Position numbers and translations under genes: made by a program. 64,000 nt of DNA from Clostridia bacterium (GTDB lineage Bacteria > Bacillota > Clostridia > Oscillospirales > CAG-272): contig JAFYPF010000001.1 of NCBI GenBank assembly GCA_017547655.1, positions 72,643 through 136,642 on the forward strand. The letters are read 5' to 3'. The notes below the pieces were generated by a model, which was not told where the DNA came from, made no database searches, and saw only the letters and a list, made by a program, of their open reading frames with translations. Shown here piece by piece: positions 53,431-63,775 of this stretch; position 1 is the first letter of the stretch, and each line of letters opens with the position of its first letter.

Positions 53431-55569
53431 ATGGATTTTTTAACACCGATTGGCTCTTTGGCGGGTATTGGAAAAAAGAGAAGAGAATCATTTTTTGCTC
53501 TTGGGATTACCAATGTAGAAGAACTTTTATATCATTTTCCCCGAGCATACCAAAACAGAGGAAACATTTTATCTCTTGCTATGACTCCCGACGGTACGGT
53601 TGGCGCATTTGTTCTTACCGTTGCTTCAAATCCGCAGACGTTTATGCTCAAAAACAGAAAGCAAATTACAAAGTTTATTGCTTTTGATGATACGGGGAAA
53701 TGTACGGTTACATTTTTTAATCAGCCTTTTGTGAAAGACGTTTTTCATATAGGCGACGAATTCAGATTCTACGGAAAATTGAACGTTAAATACGGCAGCA
53801 GAGAAATGTCATCGCCTATATACGAGCCTATTGTTTCGGGAAAGAAATTGCCTTCGCTCGTGCCCGTCTATCCTCTTACGGAAGGATTGACGCAAAAGAT
53901 ACTTAAATCAACTACAGAATATGCGCTTAATACTCTTATATATGAAAACTATGATTTTCCCGAGGTGTTTAGAAAGATAACCATTGAAAAAATGGGGCTT
54001 ATGAGTCTTAAAGAAGCTTTGAGGGAGATTCATTTTCCTACCGATATAGAGAAAGTAAAAAAAGCAAGGGAGCGTTTTGTTTTTGAGGAGCTTTACGCAT
54101 TTGCTTTGGGGCTTTCTATTTCCAAAAAGAACATAAAAAAGAACGGTAACGGTATAGTTATGAAAGATGCCGACGTTTCGGATTTTTTGAAGCTTTTACC
54201 ATATTCTTTGACGGGGGCGCAGTCACGGTCCATAAAAGAAATAATTGCCGATATGTCAAATAAGCAAGGCGTTTCTATGAGCCGACTTCTTTCGGGAGAC
54301 GTTGGAAGCGGTAAGACTGTTTGCGCGGCGGCGGCTTTATACGTTGCTGTAAAAAACGGAGCGCAGGGAGCTTTTATGGCGCCTACCGAAATATTGGCGA
54401 CACAGCACTATAATGAAATGTCTGTTCTTTTTGAAAGGTTGAATATAAAAACTGCACTTTTGACCGGCTCGACACCCGCTTCCGAGAAGAGAAGGGTTTG
54501 CGATTTGGTTTCAGTGGGCGGTATTGATATCGTTATAGGGACTCATGCTTTGCTGAATGATAAATTGGTTTTCAAAAAGCTTGGATTAGTTATAACCGAT
54601 GAACAGCATAGATTTGGAGTTCGCCAACGTTCATTACTTGCCGAAAAAACAAAAGAAATGGGATATAATCCTCACGTTCTTGTTATGTCGGCAACACCTA
54701 TACCGCGAACTCTTGCTTTGATACTATATGGTGATCTTGATATTTCCGTTTTGGACGAGCTTCCGCCGGGCAGAAAAAAGGTTGATACTTTCTTGGTTGA
54801 TGAAAGCTATAGAGATAGACTTAACGGCTTTATTCGAAAAAATGCATTGTCAAACCAGGTTTATATAGTATGTCCTCTTGTGGAGGATGCCGACGGAGAG
54901 GAAGAGGCGCTTTTGCCTTTTGATTTTACTTCCGACGATATGGAGGTAAATGAGAAAAAGTATATGATGTCTGCTACAACACTTGCAGAAAAGTTGCAGA
55001 ATGAAGTTTTCCCCGATATTCGTGTAGGTCTTATTCACGGTAAAATGAAGGCTTCGGAAAAGAATGACGTTATGCGGGATTTTGAGCAGAATAAGATAAA
55101 AATTCTCGTTTCGACTACTGTTATAGAGGTTGGAGTTAATGTGCCTAACGCTGTGCTGATGGTTATTGAAAACGCTGAAAGATTTGGTCTTTCGCAGCTA
55201 CATCAGTTGAGGGGAAGAGTAGGCAGAGGGGCAGATAAATCATATTGTATTCTCGTTTCTTCAACCGAGAATGAAAAGTCAAGGGAAAGACTTAACGTTA
55301 TGTGTTCGACGAATAACGGATATAAGATTGCCGAAGCCGATCTTGAACAACGCGGCCCCGGTGACTTCTTCCCGAATGCTGTGGGTGACGTTAGACAAAG
55401 CGGAGGTTTGAGGTTTAGATTTACTTCGCTTTGCGATATGGGGTTGTTGAAGAGGGCGTTTGAAGAGGCGGAAAGCGTACTTGCCGAGGATGATAAGCTT
55501 TCACATCCTGAAAATAAAGGTGCGTTTGACTATATGCAGAAGCTCTTTTCAAGACTCCGAAATTCATAA
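53431..55569 (+). CDS. recG: ATP-dependent DNA helicase RecG
   Basis: 712 aa. It has an N-terminal wedge/OB domain, GDVGSGKT (Walker A), DEQHRFG, SATPIPRT and QLRGRVGRG. Confidence 0.95.
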   Translation: MDFLTPIGSLAGIGKKRRESFFALGITNVEELLYHFPRAYQNRGNILSLAMTPDGTVGAFVLTVASNPQTFMLKNRKQITKFIAFDDTGKCTVTFFNQPFVKDVFHIGDEFRFYGKLNVKYGSREMSSPIYEPIVSGKKLPSLVPVYPLTEGLTQKILKSTTEYALNTLIYENYDFPEVFRKITIEKMGLMSLKEALREIHFPTDIEKVKKARERFVFEELYAFALGLSISKKNIKKNGNGIVMKDADVSDFLKLLPYSLTGAQSRSIKEIIADMSNKQGVSMSRLLSGDVGSGKTVCAAAALYVAVKNGAQGAFMAPTEILATQHYNEMSVLFERLNIKTALLTGSTPASEKRRVCDLVSVGGIDIVIGTHALLNDKLVFKKLGLVITDEQHRFGVRQRSLLAEKTKEMGYNPHVLVMSATPIPRTLALILYGDLDISVLDELPPGRKKVDTFLVDESYRDRLNGFIRKNALSNQVYIVCPLVEDADGEEEALLPFDFTSDDMEVNEKKYMMSATTLAEKLQNEVFPDIRVGLIHGKMKASEKNDVMRDFEQNKIKILVSTTVIEVGVNVPNAVLMVIENAERFGLSQLHQLRGRVGRGADKSYCILVSSTENEKSRERLNVMCSTNNGYKIAEADLEQRGPGDFFPNAVGDVRQSGGLRFRFTSLCDMGLLKRAFEEAESVLAEDDKLSHPENKGAFDYMQKLFSRLRNS

Positions 55570-55605
55570 TATTTAAATTTTCTTACAAAAATTTACATTT
55601 ATTAC

Positions 55606-55634
55606 TTGCAAGACCTTTGTTTTGGGTATATAAT
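55606..55634 (+). promoter_or_regulatory. Sigma-A promoter for yajC
   Basis: TTGCAA (55606-11), a 17-nt spacer, then TATAAT (55629-34). Confidence 0.5.
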
Positions 55635-55679
55635 GTTTACATCAAAAAATATTGACATATATTCAGGAGGTAAACGAAA

Positions 55680-56009
55680 ATGTTTATTAGATTGTTGACA
55701 GAGACTACAGGAGATGTTGCTACAGGCGGTATAGGTTCTTGGGGCGGTATCTTGATGATAGTTTTGATGCTTGCTGTTATGTATTTCTTTATGATTAAAC
55801 CCCAGAAGAAGCAGGAGAGAGAAATACAGCAGATGAGAAACAACCTTCAGGTTGGCGATGAGATTACCACTATCGGCGGTATTATCGGTAAAATCATAAG
55901 CATCAAAGAAGAAACTTGTCTTATTGAAACAAGCGGCGACAAGACTAAAATCAGAATTCTTAAGAGTGCTGTTAAGGTTGTTGACGTAAAAGCGGAAGAC
56001 GCTGAATAA
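55680..56009 (+). CDS. yajC: Preprotein translocase subunit YajC
   Basis: 109 aa. A single TM is followed by PQKKQEREIQQM...LQVGDEITTIGGIIGKI, the YajC signature. Confidence 0.9.
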   Translation: MFIRLLTETTGDVATGGIGSWGGILMIVLMLAVMYFFMIKPQKKQEREIQQMRNNLQVGDEITTIGGIIGKIISIKEETCLIETSGDKTKIRILKSAVKVVDVKAEDAE

Positions 56010-56065
56010 TTTTCTTCGAATAAAAGTACAAACCCTTTCATAAACATTTAACAAAAGATGTTTTT

Positions 56066-56488
56066 ATGAAAGGGTGTATTTTTTTGCAAACGGGATTTTT
56101 GAAAAACAGTGTTAAAGGTTTTCTTGTAGCGATTCTTTCGAGTGGGATTTTACTGCTTCTTTTTGGTTGGATTTGTTATACGAGGGAGGATCCTTCGGCT
56201 TTGTCGGGGATACTCGGCAGGGCAGCCTTGTATATCAGCGCATTTTTAGGCGGCTTTTTTGCGGCAAGGTTTAACAGAGAAAAGGGGCTATTGTCGGGAC
56301 TTGCAACAGGCGGGGCTTTTATGCTGTTTGTTGCGTTATTGTCGATGCTTTTGAGAGGCGAAAGTGAGCCTATTCGGTTTATGACTTGGGTGATGTTTTT
56401 GCTTATACTTCTTGTTGGAACGGTGGGTGGTTATCTCGGTGTCCCATCGGGTAAAAGACGCAAAAGAAAAAATAAAAAGAAAAGATAA
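56066..56488 (+). CDS. Small membrane protein (TIGR04086/YrzE-like) with polybasic C-terminus
   Basis: 140 aa with 4 TM segments and the tail GKRRKRKNKKKR. The family assignment is from memory only. Confidence 0.5.
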   Translation: MKGCIFLQTGFLKNSVKGFLVAILSSGILLLLFGWICYTREDPSALSGILGRAALYISAFLGGFFAARFNREKGLLSGLATGGAFMLFVALLSMLLRGESEPIRFMTWVMFLLILLVGTVGGYLGVPSGKRRKRKNKKKR

Positions 56489-56912
56489 AATATACAGATG
56501 TAAATAGAACGTTTGTGTGGAATTTTAGAATGCAAGAAAAACTCAGATTGATTATTTTTGGATTTTATAATATAATTAAGTGAATCAATAATGTTGATTG
56601 AAAACGTTGGGTAAATAAGCCTTCTCCCGCAGGAGAAGGCTTGTAAAGTGAGTGCTTGTTTTATATTTCTGCATAGAGGCAAGTTTTTAGCGTGACGTCG
56701 AGGCGCCGTCACCTACCAATCAGAGATTTTATTCGTGCAAATAATATTGAAACGCACAAACCAAGAGAATTAAGTTTTCTTTGCCTACTTTCTTTCGAAA
56801 AAAATCCCTCTCCGTCAACCTTTGGTTGATACCTTTACCGAAGGGCGAGGCTTTAAGTTCACACAAACCAAGTGAGGCAAGTTCTTTGCCGAGCATTCTT
56901 CGAAAGAAAGCG

Positions 56913-56950
56913 AAATTAAGTCCTTTCCGGATTGGAAAGGACTTAATTTT
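56913..56950. terminator. Bidirectional terminator downstream of yebC
   Basis: Perfect 16-bp stem aaattaagtcctttcc (56913-28) / ggaaaggacttaattt (56934-49), with T/A runs on both sides. Confidence 0.85.
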
Positions 56951-56954
56951 ATGT

Positions 56955-57689
56955 TTATTCTTCTTCGGGGGATTCCCAGTTGTGATAGATTTCCTGAACG
57001 TCGTCGTGTTCTTCGAGGTATTCAATAAGAAGACGCATCTTTTTGAGGTCATCTTCGTTATCAAGCGTAACGTAGTTTGAAGGAATCTTATCTTTTTCTG
57101 CAGATTCAATCTTATAGCCTTTATCTGTAAGTGTCTGGTTTACAAAGTCGAGGTCTTCGGGAGTTGTGTAGATTTCAAAAATTTCGCCTTCATCTACAAA
57201 ATCTTCTGCACCTGCTTCAAGAGCATCTTCCATAAGCTTATCTTCATCAAGACCGTCAGCCTTTGCTACAATAATTACACCCTTATCTGCAAAAAGGTAA
57301 CTAACGCAGCCTGTCTGACCGAGAGAGGCGCCGTATTTATCAAAGTAGTGTCTAACGTCGCCGCCTGTACGGTTACGGTTGTCTGTTAATGCTTCAACGA
57401 TTACCGCAACGCCCGAAGGGCCGTAGCCTTCATATACAATCTCTTCATAGTTTGCGCTGTCTGCAGCGGTTGCTTTCTTAATAATACGGTCAATGTTATC
57501 GTTAGGAACATTGAGGGATTTTGCTTTTGCAATAAGGTCACGCAATTTGCTGTTGGAAACAGGGTCGGGACCGCCTTCCTTAACGCAAACGGTAATCTCC
57601 TTACCTACTTTTGAAAAAACTTTTGCTTTCTGCGCGTCTGTTTTTTCTTTCTTGTGCATAATATTTTTCCATTTTGAATGTCCTGACAT
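56955..57689 (-). CDS. yebC: YebC/PmpR family DNA-binding transcriptional regulator
   Basis: 244 aa. It has MSGHSKWKNIMHKK and NRNRT. Confidence 0.93.
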   Translation of the reverse strand: MSGHSKWKNIMHKKEKTDAQKAKVFSKVGKEITVCVKEGGPDPVSNSKLRDLIAKAKSLNVPNDNIDRIIKKATAADSANYEEIVYEGYGPSGVAVIVEALTDNRNRTGGDVRHYFDKYGASLGQTGCVSYLFADKGVIIVAKADGLDEDKLMEDALEAGAEDFVDEGEIFEIYTTPEDLDFVNQTLTDKGYKIESAEKDKIPSNYVTLDNEDDLKKMRLLIEYLEEHDDVQEIYHNWESPEEE

Positions 57690-57709
57690 TTTTCTATCTC
57701 CTTAAAATC

Positions 57710-59425
57710 TTATATCTTTTCGGTTTTTCTCATGCAAATGAGAGAGAAAGCATTTCCGAGAACGTAATTAACGGCTTCAGTAAGCTTAATACGGAATACT
57801 TTGGTGCTTTCATCATCTGCGCCGAGTATCTGGCAGTCATGGTAGAAACCGTTGAAGTCTGTGCATACGTCAAGAATGTATCTTGTTATAACGGACGGCT
57901 CGTAATCGTTTATAGCCTGAAGCACTTTTTCGGGGAAGAGTGATAACGTACGGAGAAGCGCTTTTTCTTTATCGTTCATATCATACGAAATCGAAACGTC
58001 CTTTTCCACATCTTTTGCTTTTTCAAGAACGCTGCAGGTTCTTGCATAGGTGTACTGTGCATAGGGGCCTGTATTTCCGTCAAAGTTCAAAGCATCTTCG
58101 AGCATAAAATTTATATCTTTAATTCTGTTGTTTGAAAGATAGTAGAAAACAATAGCGCCAACGCCGACAGCTTCAGCTTTTGCATCTCTGTTTTCAAGGT
58201 TGGGGTTCTTTTCGTTCATTATATCTTTTACTTTTTCAATAGCAGAAGCAAAGAGGTCTTTAAGAAGAATAACGTTACCCGTCCTTGTTGCAAGCTTTTC
58301 TCCGTTAAGGCTTACCTTGCCGTAGGGAACGTGAACGAGGTTTTTCGCCCACTCGTATCCCATAAGCTCAACAACCTTGAACCACTGTGCAAAGTGGAGA
58401 GACTGACCTGCATCGGTAACGTATATAACCTTTTCAAAATCGTAGGTGTTCTTGCGGTAGAGTGCTGCCGAAATATCTCTTGCGGGGTAGAGTGATGAAC
58501 CGTCTCTCTTAAGAATGAGACAGGGCGGCATCTTGTATTCTTCAAGGTCTACAACAGATGCGCCGTCGTCTATCTTAAGCAAGTTCTTTTGCTTCATTTC
58601 TTCGATAACAGCAGGCATCTTGTCACTGTAGAAGCTTTCGCCGCAATAGCTGTCAAATTCAATGTCAAGCTGTTTGTACGTTTTCTTGTATTCTTCAATG
58701 CTTATATCTATAAACCATTTCCAAAGCTTAATATTTTCTTCGTCAAAGTGTTCGAGCTTTGTAAATTCTGCTCTTGCTTTATCATTCAAGCTTTGGTCTT
58801 CTTCAGCTTCCTTGTGGAATCTTACGTAGAGCGCAACAAGCTCATCAATGCCTTTTTCTTCGATTGTTGCTTTGTCACCCCAAAGGTGATATGCAACAAT
58901 AAGCTTACCGAACTGCGTTCCCCAGTCTCCGAGGTGGTTAACGCCTACACAGTTATAACCTGCAAACTCGTGTAGCTTTTTCAATGAATGACCGATAACG
59001 GTAGTTCCGAGGTGTCCTATGTGGAAGGGTTTTGCAACGTTGGGGGAAGAGTAGTCGAGAACTACTGTTTTGCCGTTACCGAAATCGAATGAGCCGTATC
59101 TGTTGCCCTTTTCTAAAACGCCTCCCAAAACTTTTTCGGAAAAATAGCTTTTTTTGATGTATATATTGAGGTATCCGTTTACCGTTTCAATTTTTTCTAT
59201 ATTTTCGTCACTTAACTCCGAAGCGATTTTTTCGGATATCATAACGGGAGACATACGAAGAGATTTTGAAAGCTTAAAGCAGGGGAGAGCTATATCACCC
59301 ATTTTTTCATCGGGGGGATATTCCAGCATCTGCGCTATCTTTTCTTCGTCAAGCCCGTGAGAAGTATTCAGTGAGTCGAGGACTGTTTTCAGACCGCTTG
59401 ACAGACTTTTCTTGAACTGTAACAT
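57710..59425 (-). CDS. argS: Arginyl-tRNA synthetase
   Basis: About 571 aa counted from the ATG at 59425 (RBS aaagga). It has SSPNVAKPFHIGHL (HIGH) and a C-terminal DALR anticodon-binding domain. The 14-codon upstream extension is rejected because it has no RBS. Confidence 0.92.
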   Translation of the reverse strand: MLQFKKSLSSGLKTVLDSLNTSHGLDEEKIAQMLEYPPDEKMGDIALPCFKLSKSLRMSPVMISEKIASELSDENIEKIETVNGYLNIYIKKSYFSEKVLGGVLEKGNRYGSFDFGNGKTVVLDYSSPNVAKPFHIGHLGTTVIGHSLKKLHEFAGYNCVGVNHLGDWGTQFGKLIVAYHLWGDKATIEEKGIDELVALYVRFHKEAEEDQSLNDKARAEFTKLEHFDEENIKLWKWFIDISIEEYKKTYKQLDIEFDSYCGESFYSDKMPAVIEEMKQKNLLKIDDGASVVDLEEYKMPPCLILKRDGSSLYPARDISAALYRKNTYDFEKVIYVTDAGQSLHFAQWFKVVELMGYEWAKNLVHVPYGKVSLNGEKLATRTGNVILLKDLFASAIEKVKDIMNEKNPNLENRDAKAEAVGVGAIVFYYLSNNRIKDINFMLEDALNFDGNTGPYAQYTYARTCSVLEKAKDVEKDVSISYDMNDKEKALLRTLSLFPEKVLQAINDYEPSVITRYILDVCTDFNGFYHDCQILGADDESTKVFRIKLTEAVNYVLGNAFSLICMRKTEKI

Positions 59426-59644
59426 AATAACATCCTTTCCGGTATATTGTTTTTGTTTTTGGCACACAAAAACCCATTTTAACCTATGTATTATAGCACA
59501 CTACAATTGGCATTTCAAGTGCTTATTTTAAAAAAATTCAGCATATTTGTTTTTCTTTGATACAAAAGTGTTGCAAAATTTGAAATAATAGTTTATAATT
59601 AAACGGAATAGACTAAAAATGTATCGGAGAAGGAGGAGCCTTGT

Positions 59645-60676
59645 ATGGCAAGATATATCGGTATTGACCTTGGAACTTCATCTGTTCTTATATATGTCAA
59701 GGGAAAAGGAATAGTACTTGACGAGCCTTCTGTCGTTGCGGTAAACGATGAGTCGGGGGAGCTTGTGGAGATAGGAAAAGATGCTCTTTTAATGCTTGGG
59801 AAAACACCTGAAGGAATTTCTGTTATCAGACCTATGAGTGAGGGCGTTATAAGCAAATATGAGGTTACTCTAACGATGCTTCAGCATTTTATAAAAAAGG
59901 CAACGGCGATATCGCAGATTTTTAAGCCTATAATTGCTGTATGCGTTCCGAGCGGAATAACCGACGTTGAAGAGAGAGCGGTGAGGGATGCGGCAACTCA
60001 AATAGGAGCAAGATATACTTATCTTATAGAAGAACCTCTCGCTGCAGCAATAGGCGCGGGGATAGATATAATGAGTCCAAATGCGCAGATGGTTATAGAT
60101 ATTGGTGGAGGCACTACCGATATTGCCGTTATTTCATACGGGCAAATAGCGTTTTCCGAGTCCGTAAGAGTGGGTGGAGATAAGTTTGACGATGCTATAA
60201 CCCGCTATATCAGAAGAAGACATAATCTGCTTATAGGTGAAAAAACTGCGGAAAGAGTAAAAAAAGAAATAGGAACTGTTTGGCAGAGAGATGAGTCTGT
60301 TACGCTTGAGGTTAGCGGAAGAGGATTGCTTGAGGGCTTGCCTAAATCTATCAAGTTGAATTCGTCGGAAATGGTCGGAGCACTTGAAGAGCCCATTACG
60401 GCGATAGTCGAAGCTATATGTGCGGTAATTGAAAAGGTACCACCCGAAATGCTCAAGGATATAATGAAAAACGGAATTGTTATGACGGGCGGTGGAAGTA
60501 TGCTCTATGGTCTTGACAGACTTATTGCCAACGTTACGGGCATAAAAACCAAGGTGGCGGAAAATGCTATATCTTGTGTTGCTATCGGTACCGGTAAGGC
60601 GCTTGAAAGGTATTTGAAGAACCCCGATAAAGCAATCAGCTTTACGAAAGAAAAGAAACACTACGAATTTGAATGA
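59645..60676 (+). CDS. MreB/Mbl-family actin homologue (second paralogue)
   Basis: 343 aa. It has IGIDLGTSSV, DIGGGTTDIAV and MTGGGSML. The RBS is ggagaaggagga. Confidence 0.9.
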   Translation: MARYIGIDLGTSSVLIYVKGKGIVLDEPSVVAVNDESGELVEIGKDALLMLGKTPEGISVIRPMSEGVISKYEVTLTMLQHFIKKATAISQIFKPIIAVCVPSGITDVEERAVRDAATQIGARYTYLIEEPLAAAIGAGIDIMSPNAQMVIDIGGGTTDIAVISYGQIAFSESVRVGGDKFDDAITRYIRRRHNLLIGEKTAERVKKEIGTVWQRDESVTLEVSGRGLLEGLPKSIKLNSSEMVGALEEPITAIVEAICAVIEKVPPEMLKDIMKNGIVMTGGGSMLYGLDRLIANVTGIKTKVAENAISCVAIGTGKALERYLKNPDKAISFTKEKKHYEFE

Positions 60677-60748
60677 GAAGATGTTTTTACATCGATGAGT
60701 GTTAGCTTTAGAATCTAATTTTGTACGGATAACATGATTATTGAAAAA

Positions 60749-60786
60749 AAGAATGGTGCTTTTGATGAAAGTGTCATTCTTTTTTG
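60749..60786 (+). terminator. Rho-independent terminator after mreB paralogue
   Basis: Long stem aagaatggtgcttt / aaagtgtcattctt (with G-U pairs), loop tgatg, followed by T5. Confidence 0.65.
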
Positions 60787-61047
60787 TGTTAAACATAGTA
60801 TTTATTGTACGTTGATTGAAGTAAGAATACTGTTGCAACCGAGTTTCTTTATAAAAAGAAAAAGATTATCTGATTTCAACATTTGCTCGCCGATTTGTAA
60901 TGTGGGTGCAAAGATGGAGCGTGAGGTTATGAATTGCATCATTTCTTGTGATAGCATGCTAATTTGAAAAGAATGTAACGTCATCTTGAAATTAAATTAG
61001 ATAATACAGAATATTGGATTGAAAAAATGTAAACTTTTTATTTTTTA

Positions 61048-61076
61048 TTGACAAATATTATAGGTGATGGTATACT
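61048..61076 (+). promoter_or_regulatory. Sigma-A promoter for solute-binding protein gene
   Basis: TTGACA (61048-53), a 17-nt spacer, then TATACT (61071-76). Confidence 0.55.
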
Positions 61077-61111
61077 TAAAATGTAAAAAATTATTTTAAG
61101 GAGATAATGCT

Positions 61112-62578
61112 ATGAAAAAAACAACATTAGCAAGACTTTTGGCACTTCTTCTTGTTGCTGTAATGGCTGTATCTGTTCTCGCTGCTTGTGGCGGTTCTGG
61201 TGATGGTAATGGTGACGGCGAAGAAAAAATTGACTTCCAAGGCAAGCCTGAACTTGACCCGAAGATTGAAAAGCAAGACTACAACGGCTATGAGTTTACG
61301 TTTGTTTGCCAGCCCTACTTGTCCGGCAATGCATATTCCGTAAACTATATGGTATCCGACGGTGAAACACAGAACGTTCTTCTTGATGCTGTATACCGCC
61401 GTAACGAGCTTCTCAAGCAGAAGTACAATATTGACTTCAAACAGTTACAGGTAACAGACCTTATTACAACAGTTCGTACACAGGTAATGGGCGGTGAGGT
61501 CGAATTCGATATGATTGTCGGTACTTGTAAGGGTCTTGCAACGCTTGCAAAGGAAAACCTCCTTCTCGACCTTTCTTCTGTTGATCGTTTTGATATGACA
61601 AAAGAATATTGGGATGGAAATGCTGCAGAACAGCTCAAGATAGGTGAAAAGCTTTACTTCACAAACTGCGACCTCAATGTACAGGAAGTTGCTTTCGTTG
61701 TATACTTCAACAAGCAAATGATTGAAAACGAAAATCTTACAAGCCCCTATGAGTACATGAAAAATAATGAATGGACTCTTGATAACTGGGCAAACCTTGT
61801 TATGGCTGTATCTGATGACGTAACAGGTGAAGGCGAAATGACTGAACTTGACAAGTACGGAACTCTTTATGAAAACCATAACGGAAGAATGTTCCTTTAC
61901 GGTGTAGGTGTAAGAGCTACAACTAATGATGAGTCAGGTTATCCGAAAGTAACATTGTTTGATACAGACAAGACTGTAAATACTTATGAAAAGTGCAAGC
62001 AGGTATTCTCATCTGCATCCAGCTGGAGCATTGACGGTATGCCTAACTCTGAAACACACGGCTACAACGATAAGTGGGACTATGCACGTTCTCTCTTCTG
62101 TCAGGACCTCTACCTTTTCCACTATGAAGGTACAAACATTATTCACCAGTTTGCAGATATGGAAAGCGAATTCGGTATAGTTCCTTTCCCCAAGTATGAT
62201 AAAAATCAGGCAGAATACTACTCAATGTATCCTATAAACTGTGCAATGGTTGCTATTCCTAACATAGACGAAAACCTTGAAAGAACAGCAAACATTGTTG
62301 AAGACCTCAACTACTACTCAAACGTTCTTCTTAAGCCCGCTTGGTATGACCAGCTTCTCAGCAGAAGATACGTTCGTGATGACGAATCAGAAGATTCTCT
62401 CGACATCATTCTAGCAGGAAGAGTATATGACGTTGGTATGTACTATAACTTTGGCGGAATCAAAGATATTCTTAATGCTGACGTAACAAAAACTAACATC
62501 AGCACAAGTTATGCAAGAATTAAGAAGGCTGTTGACGCTGATATTAAGACCACATACAGAGACTTTGGATTGGTATAA
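61112..62578 (+). CDS. Extracellular solute-binding lipoprotein (ABC transporter family 1, large sugar-binding type), no cognate permease adjacent
   Basis: 488 aa. The signal peptide carries the lipobox LAAC-GGSG. Its size and composition fit LplA-like oligosaccharide-binding proteins. Confidence 0.7.
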   Translation: MKKTTLARLLALLLVAVMAVSVLAACGGSGDGNGDGEEKIDFQGKPELDPKIEKQDYNGYEFTFVCQPYLSGNAYSVNYMVSDGETQNVLLDAVYRRNELLKQKYNIDFKQLQVTDLITTVRTQVMGGEVEFDMIVGTCKGLATLAKENLLLDLSSVDRFDMTKEYWDGNAAEQLKIGEKLYFTNCDLNVQEVAFVVYFNKQMIENENLTSPYEYMKNNEWTLDNWANLVMAVSDDVTGEGEMTELDKYGTLYENHNGRMFLYGVGVRATTNDESGYPKVTLFDTDKTVNTYEKCKQVFSSASSWSIDGMPNSETHGYNDKWDYARSLFCQDLYLFHYEGTNIIHQFADMESEFGIVPFPKYDKNQAEYYSMYPINCAMVAIPNIDENLERTANIVEDLNYYSNVLLKPAWYDQLLSRRYVRDDESEDSLDIILAGRVYDVGMYYNFGGIKDILNADVTKTNISTSYARIKKAVDADIKTTYRDFGLV

Positions 62579-62601
62579 TATTACTATAGTCTAATAAAAT
62601 T

Positions 62602-62636
62602 GGCTGCTTCATAAAGAAGCAGCCTTTTTGTTTTTT
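62602..62636 (+). terminator. Rho-independent terminator after SBP gene
   Basis: Stem ggctgcttc (62602-10) / gaagcagcc (62616-24), followed by T5. Confidence 0.85.
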
Positions 62637-62719
62637 GTGTTGTTATAGGCTGATTGATAAGGGTGTTGCTTGTTGGCCTTGAATTGTGATGAAAAGCAAT
62701 CTACCGGGCGTTGCAGTCG

Positions 62720-62752
62720 CAAAAATAACTCCCCCGCATTAGCGGAGGAGTT
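62720..62752 (-). terminator. Rho-independent terminator after NagB-like gene
   Basis: Minus-strand hairpin aactcctccgc-uaau-gcgggggagtt, followed by auuuuu. Confidence 0.75.
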
Positions 62753-62778
62753 TTGAATTGTAAAACTAAAAATATAAA

Positions 62779-63729
62779 TTAGTTACATTCAGCAGTGAGA
62801 GGACCTGCAAGGTCTTCGAGGAAGAATAATCTTCCGGGCATTGTAGGCATATAGCTGGAGGGAATCCATCTTGTAGGACCATGGCGGAGAGTCATCCAGA
62901 AACTCATACCCTGCCACTGCATGCCACGGTTGAATACGCCGTCGCATCCACCAATGATGTAATCTGCCTGCAAGAAGAGTCCGGGGCCTATTGTGTTTGC
63001 GCGGCAAGGAACAAGGGGAGTGCGAGACTTGAAACTTGTGATAGCGTTCTGTTCTATTGTGAGGGGGTGGAGTTTTGCGCCAATGCGGTAGCACTGCTTC
63101 TTCCATTCTTCATCTGTAGCAAACTCTGCTGCAAACTGGGGTTCCCAGAAAGCGATGTGGCACATTCTGCCTATACCGAATACAAGAATAAGCTTTGCGC
63201 CTTCAGCCTTGAGAGCTGCGATTTTTTCGGGATATGTGGGAAGGTTTGCCTTTGTTGCGAAGTTTCTCTGTTCCTTGGGAATGGTGTATTCGCCGAGGGG
63301 ATTAAAGAATGCATCTTCCATAGCACACTGGAATGCTGCCTTGTTTGTGGAGGGAAGTGTGTTACCTTCGCTGTCTGCCCATTCATCCATATTGAATGTG
63401 TAAACGTGGTCGCACTTGATTTTCCATTCTCTGAGAAAGTAAACTGCCCACTTGTACATACCCATAGGACCTACGGGGAGAATGAAAGCAATTTTTTCAC
63501 CTGCTTCTTTTGCTTCTTTGATCTTGAGCGCAATTTCGTGTCCCATAAGGGTATCGAATGCATAAATGTTATCACACTTTACGGGTGTGAAATCTTTGTG
63601 CCAGAAAGGCTGGGGCTCTGTGGCTGCCTCGGGAGCAAAATCCATACATTTGTTGATTTTGTCGAAATCCCAACCTGCAGGGTAGAAACCTTCGAGTAAT
63701 GAACCTTTAACGGTTGACATGAAATCCAT
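62779..63729 (-). CDS. Glucosamine-6-phosphate deaminase/6-phosphogluconolactonase superfamily protein (NagB-like, long form)
   Basis: 316 aa. The motifs [10 protein letters not shown]...FNMDEW resemble the NagB/SugarP_isomerase fold. Substrate unknown. Confidence 0.5.
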   Translation of the reverse strand: MDFMSTVKGSLLEGFYPAGWDFDKINKCMDFAPEAATEPQPFWHKDFTPVKCDNIYAFDTLMGHEIALKIKEAKEAGEKIAFILPVGPMGMYKWAVYFLREWKIKCDHVYTFNMDEWADSEGNTLPSTNKAAFQCAMEDAFFNPLGEYTIPKEQRNFATKANLPTYPEKIAALKAEGAKLILVFGIGRMCHIAFWEPQFAAEFATDEEWKKQCYRIGAKLHPLTIEQNAITSFKSRTPLVPCRANTIGPGLFLQADYIIGGCDGVFNRGMQWQGMSFWMTLRHGPTRWIPSSYMPTMPGRLFFLEDLAGPLTAECN

Positions 63730-63775
63730 ATTGAATGAACCTCCTAAATGTTATATAAATATATTTTTTTGTTAC

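Noticed and set aside
56729-57109. 126-aa minus-strand ORF overlapping the 3' end of yebC and the intergenic repeats.
   Set aside because: It overlaps yebC in another frame and crosses a 16-bp terminator hairpin. It has no RBS and a basic low-complexity translation.
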